Below are positions 1-13,714 of a DNA stretch of 64,000 bases, piece after piece. The translations under genes and the position numbers were made by a program. This stretch comes from Octopus bimaculoides (lineage: Eukaryota): positions 36,425,838 through 36,489,837 of the forward strand of contig NC_068985.1 in NCBI RefSeq assembly GCF_001194135.2, in the 5' to 3' direction. Within the stretch, counting starts at the first letter, position 1; the number at the start of each line of letters is the position of its first letter. A model generated the notes under the pieces. It searched no databases. It was not told the origin of the DNA and was given only the letters and a program-made list of their open reading frames with translations.

Positions 1-1312
1 ACAAACACATAGGGATACAGGAACTGTACCAAATTTTCGAGTACTAAGACCAACAGCACAATGGGGTGAGAGGATGGGGCTTAGGGGAAGGCCATACTGC
101 TGCTAAGAACAATGACACACACACACACACACACACACACACAAGCATATCTCCCCCTACCCCTCACACAAACGCATGTGAACATAAGGATACACACCAC
201 AGTGCAGAATGGAATAAGTGGAGCAAGAGCACACACAAAGACGAAAAGTGTTGCTGAAGAGGTCACAGATGTGTGTGACGAAAGATTTCTGGATAATGGA
301 CATCAGTTAAAATAAGAACAGTAATAAACGAGTGAAGAACAAATATATAGGGCATGTGTTTATTTGGCAAAAAAAAAGTGACCATCCCAAAATACAACAA
401 TATATAGCTGCTGGAGAAATTCTGCCTCTTGTTGATTTACTTAGTCTTTGTTTTTAAGCATATTATTGTCACCATGTTGCAGAGAAATAGGTGAGCCTGA
501 TTTAGAAGAAATGTAAATAGCCTTTGCAGAGAAAATACCATTTCAGTATTACGAAAAGTGGCAAAAGAGAGAGAACTGTAAGCTAATGGTTGTTTGTTGG
601 TGAATTAATTTTTTGTCAGTCAGCCAATTAACTGTTATCTGGATGTGATTATTAGCACGTCTCCATGTGTGAAGCAGCATTTTCAGATATGTGAATAGTA
701 TTCCAGTATGAACCTCAATTCAGTTTTGTTAGGGATCAGAAACTAACTAGGGTTGAAATATCCCCTGATCCTAGAGGTTTCCCAATTTCTATGATGCAGT
801 TTTGGCAATGTTATATATGTGGGTTTGCCATGAGTGATCAATAGACATTATAAGTTATAGCAATTGTAGTAACTTTAGTTGTGTTCATGATTGTAGAAGG
901 TGAGGTGCCAGTCTGTTTCATAAAGAGAAGAATTTCTCCATAGTAATTGTTTAACTGATCAAATGTGTCACTGTTTATTATTAATGGAAGACTCACTTTA
1001 AATCTCCAAGAGTGTTGATTTTATTTTAGCTGAATGACATCCATAATGATAGAAAGCACAATACTTTGGCTATCACATTACCATTACTACAGACTCTCTG
1101 TAGTCAAAGTTTATTTTAGAACAAATATATTTATATTCAACTTTATGATGATAGTAAACAAAGTTTGTTCTTTTTTTTTTTTTTTTGTGAGATGTATTGT
1201 AAGATATATTTATATTCAGACATAGTTAAATATATTTACTTAATTAATCATTTAAATAAAAAAATTTTTGCCTTCTTTTACTATTTCTCACCTAAGTTTT
1301 TGCTTCTTGCAG

Positions 1313-1404
1313 TAAACCGTGGTGGCTGGCAGCAACAGAGAGGTGGTTTTGGAGGTTTTAACCGTGGCAATCGAGGTCGAGGTGGTATTGGCGGCAGTGG
1401 TGGT
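1313..1404 (+). CDS. Internal coding exon, Arg/Gly-rich (RGG) low-complexity segment; 3' end lost in the N-gap
   Basis: Branch-like CCTAA (1291-1295), pyrimidine tract and TTGCAG acceptor (AG 1311-1312), then an abrupt shift to GC-richer coding-like sequence reading xNRGGWQQQRGGFGGFNRGNRGRGGIGGSGG (phase 1) up to the gap at 1405. RGG boxes suggest an RNA-binding protein; the family cannot be identified. Confidence 0.6.
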
Positions 1405-2197
1405 NNNNNNNNNNNNNNNNNNNNNNNNNNNNNNNNNNNNNNNNNNNNNNNNNNNNNNNNNNNNNNNNNNNNNNNNNNNNNNNNNNNNNNNNNNNNNNNN
1501 NNNNNNNNNNNNNNNNNNNNNNNNNNNNNNNNNNNNNNNNNNNNNNNNNNNNNNNNNNNNNNNNNNNNNNNNNNNNNNNNNNNNNNNNNNNNNNNNNNNN
1601 NNNNNNNNNNNNNNNNNNNNNNNNNNNNNNNNNNNNNNNNNNNNNNNNNNNNNNNNNNNNNNNNNNNNNNNNNNNNNNNNNNNNNNNNNNNNNNNNNNNN
1701 NNNNNNNNNNNNNNNNNNNNNNNNNNNNNNNNNNNNNNNNNNNNNNNNNNNNNNNNNNNNNNNNNNNNNNNNNNNNNNNNNNNNNNNNNNNNNNNNNNNN
1801 NNNNNNNNNNNNNNNNNNNNNNNNNNNNNNNNNNNNNNNNNNNNNNNNNNNNNNNNNNNNNNNNNNNNNNNNNNNNNNNNNNNNNNNNNNNNNNNNNNNN
1901 NNNNNNNNNNNNNNNNNNNNNNNNNNNNNNNNNNNNNNNNNNNNNNNNNNNNNNNNNNNNNNNNNNNNNNNNNNNNNNNNNNNNNNNNNNNNNNNNNNNN
2001 NNNNNNNNNNNNNNNNNNNNNNNNNNNNNNNNNNNNNNNNNNNNNNNNNNNNNNNNNNNNNNNNNNNNNNNNNNNNNNNNNNNNNNNNNNNNNNNNNNNN
2101 NNNNNNNNNNNNNNNNNNNNNNNNNNNNNNNNNNNNNNNNNNNNNNNNNNNNNNNNNNNNNNNNNNNNNNNNNNNNNNNNNNNNNNNNNNNNNNNNG

Positions 2198-2285
<88 letters not shown>

Positions 2286-4323
2286 CACATATATATTTAT
2301 ATGTGTGTGTATACGTGTATGCATATATATATATATATGCACATGCTTACGTGTACATACATGTGCATTCATATATGTGGTTAAGGTGTAGGGCTTTTGG
2401 CTCAGAAGTTGAGTTAAGATGCAGAAACAATACATTGTCCTTTTTGCTATAGGTTAATGTCAGATTTGAATTCCTTACCTTGCAATGAGTAGGCATTTTA
2501 CAACCACTGTACTTCCAATATATAGTTATATATGTGAATATGAATCTATTCATACGTGTTTGGATGTGCGTATGGGCATGTTTATATATTTATTGTGAAC
2601 TCCATAGGAAGTGACAGTGTCATACAGGATATTTTATAGTATCCAGTTAACCACTTCATGTTTTTGTGTTCAGTCTTAGAGCGAACTTCGAATTTCAGGC
2701 ATCTAGGGTTTATCAAATTTACACCAGTAAGATTCTGGAAGATTTTCACTCCAGCCATATTGTAACTAATTAAGAGACTAACTGAAAGTTGTTGCAGTGA
2801 TATGGTCTAAATATTAGTGTCCTGTTAAATGCTTTACAATTTTAATTATGTTCCTACACATTCTTAATTTAAATCCTGCCATGGTCAACTTTGGAATTTA
2901 TCTTTCTGAAATTGATAAAATGACTATAGCCAAGTACTAGAGTTGATTCAATAATCTATTCTCTCTCGAATCTTGGTGGCTTTGTAGCAATGTTAGAATA
3001 CATTTTTATTGTTGTAGGGTGGTGTTGATGAATGTTTTATATAAAAAGTTTGGAGGCTCACTGTTCTAAAATTTATATTGTTCCATTGTTATTGAATATG
3101 TTTTTTTTCATACTGCCAAAATTCTAAATTTATTAATATTTTTAGACAAACATTTTTTTTTAGAGTTACTATTTCTAAGTCATTATAGATATCATATCTA
3201 TAGGTGATGACAAGATAACATCATAAATGTATGAGGTTTAAACATTTGGTTTATTGTGGGTCTTTAAGCAAAATATATTCAAGATTTGATAGGTATGTAA
3301 TGTAAATGAATATGTATTCATGATGAAACATAATCATCCAGTTATCTTCATATGTGAATATTCTTGTGTTTACCAGCTTTATGCTGTTTATGTATAAAGA
3401 GTTTATAGTATTTGCAACTTTGTTGAATTAGAATTTCAGAATTAGAATTTTAATCAATGGCAGTCTTAGAATCTTAAAAGTTTATTTTTCTTCATTAAAA
3501 CTAAATGAAGACTAAAACTGCTTGAACTAAATAGAGACAAATCATTGAAGTAGTATTTCTATTTAAAAAGGGATTTTATTTTCTTTCCTTTTAGTGTGTG
3601 CCTTTATTAAATTGGAAGAAAAAAATTGCATAGTTTTAATGTTTAGAAAGAATTATTTCTTTCAGTTTTGTGTCATTTTGATAAGTGGATCAGCTTTAGT
3701 CAAATTTATTGAAGTTGGAATAGATTTGTCTAAGCTATTTTATGTTTGTGTTTTAAGGTTAGAAAGATTTCAGAGTATGAAAATCTTTTGAAAATAGAGT
3801 TGCAGGACTTATCTAGGAAATATTACATTTGGATATTTTCTATTTGTTTAGAATGTATATATTTCAAATCTTGAGGTTTGAGACATATGTGATCATCACG
3901 AGAAAATCTGTTTGACATGAATGGCTAGTAGCATTAATTTCCTTGTAAACAGTGGATAAATACAAAGAATATTATATAAACTGTAAATTTCTTGTTGATG
4001 TGTCATGATTGCTGAGGTATGAGTGGGAATCTTGATTAGGAAGTACTATTTGTAATGTAGTCCACATGATGTGCTAAACCTTTGTTGCCATTTCTCACAT
4101 ATTTATAACGAGTCTCTATTCATTTTTCAGATAGATAGAGTGACTACTATTTTTCATTAAACTGCCACATTTTATTTTACTATGCTTTTGTACAAAAACA
4201 TGTTATTGAGCAAAATGTTTTGTATTAATGTCACCACACATATGTACCTCAGTCTTGTATACAGGATATTTACATTAGTATTTTGTCTTCTTTCTTATTT
4301 TGACTGTTGTTTTCAACTGCCAT

Positions 4324-4376
<53 letters not shown>

Positions 4377-6059
4377 ATGACTTCCATCCCAACTTTGTAA
4401 ATGATTTAAGTTTTATCTAGTTATCCCCAGTGATAAGTATTGATTCATTTTATAAGTAAATTTGAACCAGAGGTTTTAGAGTTCAGTTAATTTTCTTCAA
4501 AGTATTTTTGTTTCTCTCTCTTATTTTCATGACCTGTCTTTTTTTGCCTTATTAGTATCTGGGTATGTTTTGAGAAATTTTTCATCTCTGACACCTTACT
4601 GCATTGTATATTTTTAACCTCCTACTCACTATCAATAAATACATCCAACCAGAGAGAAAAATGGACAATTTGATAATGCATTGTATATTCCATTTCAAAT
4701 CAGAGTTGGCTTCTGTAAGTTGACTTGATTTTCTCTTTTAAACAGCTACACACAAAAGTTTAAACAATGATGATTCCATACTCAATCTTTCAATTTTGTC
4801 ATAAAAGTGGGGACTTATTTGTAATTTTCATTTAAACAATGAAAGTGATGATCCTATCATCTTTACATGTCATTCAACTTTCTACCGTTTTGACAATTCT
4901 TTTTTTTTTTTCTTGAGATAAATCATTTAAAACAAATTCTGTGTTTGGTTACATTATTTTTTAATTAAATTTATTTAGAGATTTTTTTATAGATATTTTG
5001 CTTAATATTTTATTTTATGACATTATTTTAAGCATTGAATATTTTCAACATGAATATCTTCTTAAAAATATTCTATTATGCCTACTTTTCACAAATTTTC
5101 TTAGTTATATGTACTTTCACAACTCACTTTAAACTGCTTTCTGTGTCATGCAGCATTGAAGCAATCACTAAGTTTTGTTAGCTTCGTCTAAGGTACTCTT
5201 CCACCACAGCTAAATCAGTAGGTTTTGGACAACTTAAGAAAAGGTACTGTGAAAAAAGCTGTGATAGATCAATATCACCTCTCATCCACATATCTGTATG
5301 GAAACAGGAGACAAGCACAGTTACTAGGATCAGGTTTAGTATATTAGTTTTAAGTATTTAACTTCTCACTATTTTCAACATACCAATAGAGTAAAACACT
5401 GTTGGCATGTTCAAAAGTTGACTTGCTAAGTTTCTCAATTATTTTACCACACATATGATAGTATGACTGGAAATGTTTTTTTCAACAGAGATTTTCCAAG
5501 CAATGAGTAGACAAAAACTCCTGGTAGTGTTTGAAATTTAAAAAAAATAAACGAGGGAGACAAACTCTGAATAAGATTCTTTACCCAAACTTGCCGTCCA
5601 ATCAGACTGCATACTTGTTTATTTCTTCATGACTACAACCATCTTAGACAGTTAATTCTGTTAAAATCCATTGCTAGTATTTCCACATCTCAATTGTTTG
5701 CATTGCATTTTGACACTCAATTCTAGAAGTTGTATTTCTGAACCTTCACTCAGTCCTTGCTTAGAACTGCAACCTTCTGACTCCTCCCCCTCTCAACAAT
5801 TTTTTTTTAATCTACAAATGTTAACCTATAGATATTCATTGAGTGGTAGACTTAATCTGTCACTCAGTTTAACACTGCAACCTGGCTCTTCGGGTGTCTT
5901 TAATAGTGTCCACTCTCGTAAGCATTTTAGCCAGTTAGTCAGTCTTAAACTAACTTTCACCCTGATAAGGCTTATAAGCACTGGCTTGCATTCTCTGATT
6001 CAGCTTAGAAGGAAACATAAAACTTAATAATAACTGCATCAAACTTTCTGGTATAGGGG

Positions 6060-7050
6060 TGCACATGGAAGTAGAGAAACTTTATACAAAGGTGTTTTTA
6101 AACGAAGTCTCCATGTCAAGTGATGCATTTGCACTATTGTTGACCCAACTTTTGAATCCACTTAGAAATCATTTAGATATGCACTGCTGTACTTATTTCT
6201 TCATAGCCACTTTCATCTTGTCTGCATCAATCAAATCATTGTCCCTGAAGACTGTCTTTCATTGAATCAAGCAGGAGGACACCAGATCTTGTTTGTATGG
6301 TGGATCAGAGACCACTGACTAACCCAATTTGCTGGTTGATTTGTTGCCAAAAATGTGTACGGTTAAGCATTGTCATGGTGAATGTTCATTTGAATTTCTT
6401 GTTCACTCTCTTCCTCCAACTGATTTTTGTAAGCATTTTGATTGTCTCAATGTAATGTTTGTTGTTTGCGGTACAGCCACGTTTCAGAAAATCGAGGAGA
6501 AGGATGCTTGCCATTCTCCAAAACAGTCACCATGACTTTCTGCACCAAGCACTGGCTATTAGGCTTTGGAGAAATGTGACATCATTCCATTGACAACCTT
6601 CATGTCCTAGATCATAAAAATATGCCCACATTTCTTCTCCTGTCACCAAATAAAAGAAAAAAAGAAAGCATGTCTTCACTAACTTCAGTCGGTTCCAGTA
6701 GACTTCAATCCTTCTCTCTTCTTCAAATCGGATGCCAGCTGCTGAGGTACACACTTTCCAATACCCAATGCCTTCCAGCATCTTTTGTAATGCATTGTGA
6801 CCAAACTCCAATTGTACATCAAATTCATGGATTTGTCTGTCCGCACAAATCAATTTGTTCCCTCGCTAGTTTATGTGAGTGGTTGCAGTTGAAGGGACAA
6901 CCAGCACTGATTTCTGTTATCGCCAAGAACTTGTTGACCTCCCCAGTACTGTGCCATGAGAAAATACACTCTGTAAAGTAGTTGGTGATAGGTAGGGCAT
7001 CCCGTTGTAGAAGCCAATCAGACTGACATATAAGCACAAGTCTATGAGAG
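6060..7050 (-). pseudogene. Degenerate mariner (Tc1/mariner DD34D-type) transposase
   Basis: Frameshifted translation gives LVTGEEMWAYFYD (6624-6647, cf. IVTGDETWVYYYD), KVMVTV, ILLLDFLKRG, HDNA*P (6361-6380), DPPYKQDL (6283-6306, cf. HPPYSPDL), MKDSLQGQ*F and KCIT*HGDFV*K, in canonical order. TIRs not recognisable. Confidence 0.85.
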
Positions 7051-8980
7051 CAGCAATTCCTAATAAAAAATGACTCAGATTGTGACAACTAGCCCAACCC
7101 ATACAAGCTTGGAAAGCAGACGTAATTGAGAATGAGGATTTGTTTATAAGAAAAGGAGATAAGGCAAAAAGAAAGCAACAAAAAAATGGATTAATGTAAT
7201 ATATTTTGTTACGGATGAGGTGTTGGTAAAAATAGAGACAAGTAATAGGAACAGTTTGTTCCTTTAGGTTCTGAGTTGAAGATATTTTGCATCCTTCCTG
7301 AATTATGTAAAATAAAAAATACCAGTGAAAGATTGCTTCGATTCCATCATCTGTAACCTATACCGATAAAAATTGGTGTTTTGCATATGTAAAAAATAAA
7401 TACATTTCGTTCCTTCTGAAAAAATATATAGATACAATATAGTTTAAATATGATAGATGCTTGATCCTTCTTTTGAACCGTAAATACAGTTAGGATGTGA
7501 ATGCCGATAAATGAGTTTGTCAACGGTAGTCTTTTTATCCATTAGAAATTCATTATAAATAACAATAAATGTATAGATGTACATACATATAGGCACATAC
7601 TCAATTGAACACGCCATGGATCGCGTGCTACAAGCGGAAGTGAAAAGGACAATGTATATCACATACATTACTCTTTCCTCTTACAATACTTTTTATACAT
7701 TTTATCACACAAAAACAGGTAAGATCAGGTTCGTCTCCAAAGTTTTAACCATTTACTAATGGTTTTCAATTTCCCAGAAATAACATGGCAGAAAGAAGAC
7801 AAAATCTGAGTGAGTTTGACGAAATGAATACTTTGTAACCATTCATTTATTCTCTCTCTCTCTTTCATACACACACACACACACGCACATACCCATTCTC
7901 ACATGCACACACACACACACTTTTTGTCTTTTCTTCGTCTTATAATCCCCTCTTATTTTGTTTCTCTTTTTTTGTTGGAGTTTACTTTTGCTTCTCTGAA
8001 AGCAGAAGGTAATTAGAAATAAGTGTACTCCAATAATTTGTGTATCTTTGAATGTATTGCGGATGATGAAATACTTGTTGCTAATTAGTAGCTCTTTAGA
8101 ATGAAACCGTGTCCGTGCTCATTAGATAAAAGTCTTTGGATCATATGAAACCGTTTGCTCAACTTGTCTGTCTGTTGAGCATCATTAATGCTTTGGAAGT
8201 TACATGTTCTCAAGTTCAGCTAAGAACTGAGAGATGATGTTTGCATGAAGAGAAAGTCTCAGCATTTGGGACCGACCGGAAGCTTCACTGCATGCTTTAC
8301 TCGTGGATGTATCGTTTTGCCGTTGTTGTTCTTTGGCCAGCCGGCCACAGGAGATGTTGGACTGCATTGTTGAAGTATAGGGCCACTTGTATCTACCCAG
8401 AACCGGTTTAAAGGATTCGTAAATTGGTGAGCTAAAAGAAATTAAAGCAAAATTTATCATATATTTAGGAATGCGTGTCATAATATCAGAATGATTCTAG
8501 ACTATACTAGTAGCGTCTATCACTTGAGAAACCGAATTCAGCACTTGTAATCAAATGACGATTTTGGAGCACTGTGAGTTATAGGAGTGATGAGTCTCTG
8601 AAGGATACTCTACGTGCTTGTTAGAAATAGATGCTAAACTCCTTCAGGTCGCAACCTATCTTTAATAAAGGTCATTTGGTCAATGTAGTTCCTGATATAC
8701 AAAAAGACGGGATGGTTACGATGGAAACGCCTTTGATCAGAGAGATATTTTTGAAAAGAGATGACTTGGGGTTAAACAACATTAACAACCAATTTAAAGT
8801 TGGATGGACTCTATCGTTGAAAGTTAAGTAATCCTAACGCAATTGTGGTTACAGATTCGAACTACTGACTTCTTTACCTATAGACTTGTTAATCTTCACT
8901 CTGGGAAATGGATAGTGATTATATAATGTGTATGTAACTTGAGACTAACAAAGTAGCAGATACGATGGTTCTGTTTAACT

Positions 8981-9353
8981 GTTGTTGTTGGCACTCCGTC
9001 GCTTACGACGTCGAGGGTTCCAGCTGATCCGATCAACGGAACAGCCCGCTCGTGAAATTAACGTGCAAGTGGCTGAGCTCTCTACAGACACGTGTACCCT
9101 TAACGTAGTTCTCGGGGATATTCAGCGTGACACAGTGTGACAAGGTTGACCCTTTGAATTACAGGCACAACAGAAACAGGAAGTACGAATGAGAGAAAGT
9201 TGTGGTGAAAGAGTACAGCAGGGTTCGCCACCATCCCCTGCCGGAGCCTCGTGGAGCTTTAGGTGTTTTCGCTCAATAAACACTCACAACGCCCGTCCTA
9301 GGAATCGAAACCGCGAATCCGCTGCTCTAACCACTGGGCCATTGCGCCTCCAC
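8981..9353 (-). mobile_element. tRNA-derived SINE (family C here: 5' GTGGAGGCGCAATGG, (CAA)n tail) with exact 11-bp TSD
   Basis: Minus strand starts GTGGAGGCGCAATGGCCCAGTGGTTAGAGC (A-box), has GGTTTCGATTCC (B-box) and ends in CAACAACAAC. TCTGTTTAACT flanks it at 8970-8980 and 9354-9364. Confidence 0.9.
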
Positions 9354-9499
9354 TCTGTTTAACTAAGCTTATCACAAATCCCGAGATCTCTGACTTCTTG
9401 AATGTTGGTCGTGACTGAACTGTTTTTCTCATAAACACAATAAACTAAATTTATCTTTTCATGAACCATAAGAGTTATTTACTGTAGCGTTATCCGAAT

Positions 9500-9728
9500 A
9501 TGCAACATACTTTTCTTTCTGCATAGGAAGCTTCCCTCAGAAGATTTGGTAACTATTCTACAGTAATGTTCATCTATTTCGAGCCTAGAGGCTAACGAAG
9601 TAGGAAACTGTCTGGATTTCGAGGTGTTGAAGGAATGCCAGTCTGTTGTAGGATTAACCTCTAGGTTCCACTGGAATTAATTTTAAGTTAAATGTACTGG
9701 AGCAACATGAAACGAAGTGCTTTGCTCA
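9500..9728 (-). mobile_element. SINE fragment with CORE-like central domain
   Basis: Reverse complement TGAGCAAAGCACTTCGTTTCATGTTGCTCCAGT matches the core of the plus-strand copy at 62387-62530. Confidence 0.5.
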
Positions 9729-11849
9729 TAAAAAAAAAAAAAAAAAAAAAAAANNNNNNNNNNGAATGCAAACTGAGATAAATATAATTAATTATCCTTT
9801 CCAGAAAGACAAATAAATGCTTGAAGCGGGATATTAACTCGAAAACTATGTACAAAAGTCCAGCTTTTGTTCAACAATGCTTATGGTTTTATGCATAGAT
9901 CTGAATTAACACTGAATTGTATGAAACTAGCGCCATTTTGTTAATTACTCCCCTCCGCTTCCACCAACAAGTTGCAGTGATTCTTATGGCCAAGAATTTT
10001 CTTTGGTTTCCCATACTGTCAGTGATATACAACCTAGGGATATGGTATTTAAAATATACTATTTTATATTGACTTGTTCGGGATGAAAGGTGATGAATTA
10101 AAAAGAAAAGAAAACAAGGTTAAAAAGAAATATAAAAAAAATTAAGCACAACTTGAACAAAGATATCATGCTAGTTGCAGACAAATATTAAGAAATTACA
10201 AGATAAATATTGTAAAAGATCATCCCTAAAACTCTGGTGTTGTAAAATTGGTGTTCAACACTATGTATGTATGTATGTACATCGTACGAAACAAATTATG
10301 CCAATGTTTTTAATTGTTCTATTAGTGGAATAAAAGAAAACTACGTATACAAGCTTCTCTCATGAATAAACAAATGCAGGAAAAGAGATTGCAGCAACTT
10401 GATTAATCTTCAGACTCTGAACCCGTCTGTTGCGCATGGGAAACAAAATCCCTGTTTAAGCTTCATAGAGTCTAAAGGATTGTAGAGCACATTCATTTCG
10501 AGTTTAGTTTAATGTAAGGACTACCACCAAGAAAACATGAAGCTAGTTTGTTTTTGGGTTCTGTACGCTGCGTTTCCTGTTGGGGTTCATTCTATTAGCC
10601 ATTTTTCTTTTCGAAGACGAGCAAACCAAGCAGACAGGTGGACTAGAATTCAGCATAACAAGTTAAAGAGGGACACATCGACCTTACAATACTTCTACTG
10701 CTGTTGCTGTTTCATATATGTTATTTTAGCCAATGGTACTTACTCATAGGTAGGTAGGATGGATTGAAAAGTGCAGTCATAGACACTAGTGAGAGAGAGA
10801 GAGAGTGGACGTTGACCATTGTGAATCTGTTAGGACGTCTCGTTTTTTGTCTTGTATATAAACTTTGTTGGATCTTTTCTGTTTGGCCGCTACTTTTCAA
10901 TTTCTGTTCCAACTGATTTCGTATTAGGTGTAATGATGTAGTTTTGTATGTTAATCATTGCCATGAAATTATTTTACTCACAAAAGTCTTCGAAACATTT
11001 GGATGTTTATTTCAATATCTGCAGTAGACATTAAGTTTTCATTTCGTGTTTACATTAATTTCAGTATCATTCCCTATTCTAGGGCAGTTAGAAACGATCT
11101 TTAGAAAACTAACATTGAACAAAACAAAGTACAAATAGAAAAAAAAAAAGAAAGAAAACAATTCAATTAAACTGACACATACACTTTGTCAAATAAAAAA
11201 AAAAAATTAATAAAGAAACATTAATTTATTCGGTTAAAAGCAATGGCATTAGCAACAACGATAGCAGAAGCAAGCACAATAGCAGAGGCAACAACATCTG
11301 TTAGTGTTGCTAAAGGACAGACATGATTTAGCTACCGGGTCAAACATGTTCAATGTGAAAGCAGTAGGTCGCCAAAAGAAGTGCATCCTTGCCCGAAGGT
11401 TTCATATTAGAATAGGTGAAGAGGAAAGTAACTTAGCTTTACTTCACGAGCGAGAAAAAGGGGTTTACAGTTACCCTCAGGATTGAGAGATCTTTTATTT
11501 CCTACCTTTTTCTGAATGTTTGTTTTCCATGTTTACAGTGATTTTGATATTTCGGTATGGATAGATTTGAGTGAGTACCCACTTTACTTTATAGCTGCTT
11601 ATATTATTTCGTTTACCTAGTGATATTGATGTTCGTATCTGTTTTTACTAAGTCTGTGATACCAGTTTTGTATTTATCATTGTTGTTGCTATTTCATCGG
11701 GAGGTACTTTCGTTAGTTTGTTCGAAGTTCTATCGATTTCAATTCTTCAATTATCTCCGCTTTTAAACTATTGCCATGTTTATGATTTCTGTCTTTAGAA
11801 TTTCCTATTTTCAAATCTTCGTCATATTCTACTTTATTCATACTTTTGT

Positions 11850-12330
11850 TTCTGTTGTTCTAAACCGGTTTCTGTGGTCCAGCAGTTTGTAGGTATTTTA
11901 GGGTTTGATTTTGTTGTGTTTTATTATTCACTTTGTTTTGTAGGTGCTAGGTCTATCCCTGTGGTTTACATTCTCAGTGGGTTTTTTTATCCTTTAGTTT
12001 GTTTATTTATTTATTTCTCGTCATGTATTAAATCTTTAAGTGTTCTATTTCAAATTAGATATTTTTAGATGTTGTGAATGCATCTTCTTAAGTTAGCAAG
12101 TCTATTTGGATCCAGCGTTACATTTAGATCAAAGTTATTTTTTCTCCAAATGTTATTCAAGAATACTGTCACCATTTCACTTTGAGTTCAAGCGTGACTG
12201 TAGCTTATGCCTACAGAATAAAAACATATTCTCCTCATGTTTCTTTTGCTTTTGTTTCATTTGCAAGACTTAAATCCAGCCTTTTATTTAGATCATTATC
12301 AACTTCGTTAGGTACTGTTTTATTTGCTTT
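11850..12330 (-). mobile_element. Degenerate LINE ORF2 C-terminal fragment, RTE-like
   Basis: Broken minus-strand frames give LNNIWRKNNFDLNV (cf. LRNIWKSKNISL of RTE) and RDRPST (cf. RGRPKTTW). Many stops. Confidence 0.4.
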
Positions 12331-12353
12331 TGGCGTTGCACTGTGTGTGTGTG

Positions 12354-12462
12354 TATTTGAAAGAATGAGTAGAGATGGCTTTTTTGAGGGGATAAACTAT
12401 TATTAAGATTAAAATAAAAATTATCCTCTCAAAAAAGCTATCTCTACTCATTCTTTCAAATA
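12354..12462. repeat. Inverted repeat: 42-bp arms, 25-nt loop
   Basis: 12354-12395 is the reverse complement of 12421-12462 with 2 differences. Confidence 0.95.
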
Positions 12463-12942
12463 TATATAATACCAAGAACTTTCTCTTTACTATTCTACTA
12501 TATATATATATATATATATATATNNNNNNNNNNNNNNNNNNNNNNNNNNNNNNNNNNNNNNNNNNNNNNNNNNNNNNNNNNNNNNNNNNNNNNNNNNNNN
12601 NNNNNNNNNNNNNNNNNNNNNNNNNNNNNNNNNNNNNNNNNNNNNNNNNNNNNNNNNNNNNNNNNNNNNNNNNNNNNNNNNNNNNNNNNNNNNNNNNNNN
12701 NNNNNNNNNNNNNNNNNNNNNNNNNNNNNNNNNNNNNNNNNNNNNNNNNNNNNNNNNNNNNNNNNNNNNNNNNNNNNNNNNNNNNNNNNNNNNNNNNNNN
12801 NNNNNNNNNNNNNNNNNNNNNNNNNNNNNNNNNNNNNNNNNNNNNNNNNNNNNNNNNNNNNNNNNNNNNNNNNNNNNNNNNNNNNNNNNNNNNNNNNNNN
12901 NNNNNNNNNNNNNNNNNNNNNNNNNNNNNNNNNNNNNNNNNN

Positions 12943-13293
12943 TGCTACCTAACGGCATGTTCTGGGTTCAGTCCCACTGCGTGGCACTTTGGGCAAGTGT
13001 CTTCTACTATAGCCTCAGGCCGACCAAAGCCTTATGGGTGGATTTGGGAGGCGGAAACTGAAAGAAACCTGTCGTATATATATATTTATGCGGGTGTCAT
13101 TGTATTTGTCTCTCCACCATCGCTTGACAACCGATGTTGGTGTGTTTACATCCCCGTAACTTAGTGGTTTGGCAAAACAGACCGATAGAATAAGTACTAG
13201 GCTTACGGAGAATAAGTCTTGGGGTCCATTGTTTTAAGGTGGTGTTCCAGCATGACCGCAGTCAAAGTAAAACAAGTAAATGAATAAAAGAAT
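12943..13293 (+). mobile_element. tRNA-derived SINE family A (CORE-like domain, internal microsatellite); 5' end in gap
   Basis: GGGTTCAGTCCCACTGCGTGGCACTTTGGGCAAGTGTCTTCTACTATAGCC ... CCACCATCGCTTGACAACCGATG ... AACAAGTAAATGAATAAAAG; about 10 homologous copies in this window. Confidence 0.9.
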
Positions 13294-13714
13294 GCGTGTG
13301 TGTGTATGTATGTGTGTTGTGTAACTGGTATGACTAGAACTTTGATCTGATATGACTAGAGCTTTGACTGTTTGTTTACTCGTGGTATTCACTTGCCACC
13401 CAGTATTATATGAGGTAAGAATCAATAAATTTACAAATAAACCAGTGTATTACATAGGCAGTTATACTTCACAGCTTTCCTAATTCCCCCCCGGTGTTAA
13501 AGGATTTTCCTTTGCAGCCAAGTGGTTGCCTATCACTTTAAATGTTACTCTGCTTTATCAGCTAAACGCATTCTGGTGTTCTGAATGAAACGTACCACTA
13601 TATTCTCCATTATACTTATCCGGTATTCTGTTAAATGTACCTCAGTTATTGTTAGTGTGACGGAAAAAAATATCTTGCGACATTTGTTCTGGCTTTTTAT
13701 AATTAGAGTTTAAA

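Noticed and set aside
254-295. Hammerhead-like CTGAAGA-G-GTCACA...TGTGAC-GAAA
   Set aside because: Stem II is good, but there is no stem I and the would-be cleavage nucleotide is G; neither type I nor type III topology closes.
1165-2452. Long ORFs of 200-400 aa here and at 12320, 27162, 36113, 37657, 44034 and 47000
   Set aside because: They are open only because they run through N-gaps; the flanks are microsatellite translations.
2400-5050. Several RTGATGA (C-box-like) motifs suggesting intronic C/D snoRNAs
   Set aside because: I found no suitably spaced CTGA D-box with a terminal stem.
5100-5650. Possible second mariner remnant on the minus strand
   Set aside because: Only vague resemblance around a PD..LFP segment; catalytic motifs are not recoverable.
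8200-8831. ORFs 8200-8481 (-) and 8631-8831 (+)
   Set aside because: No recognisable motif or convincing splice-site pair.
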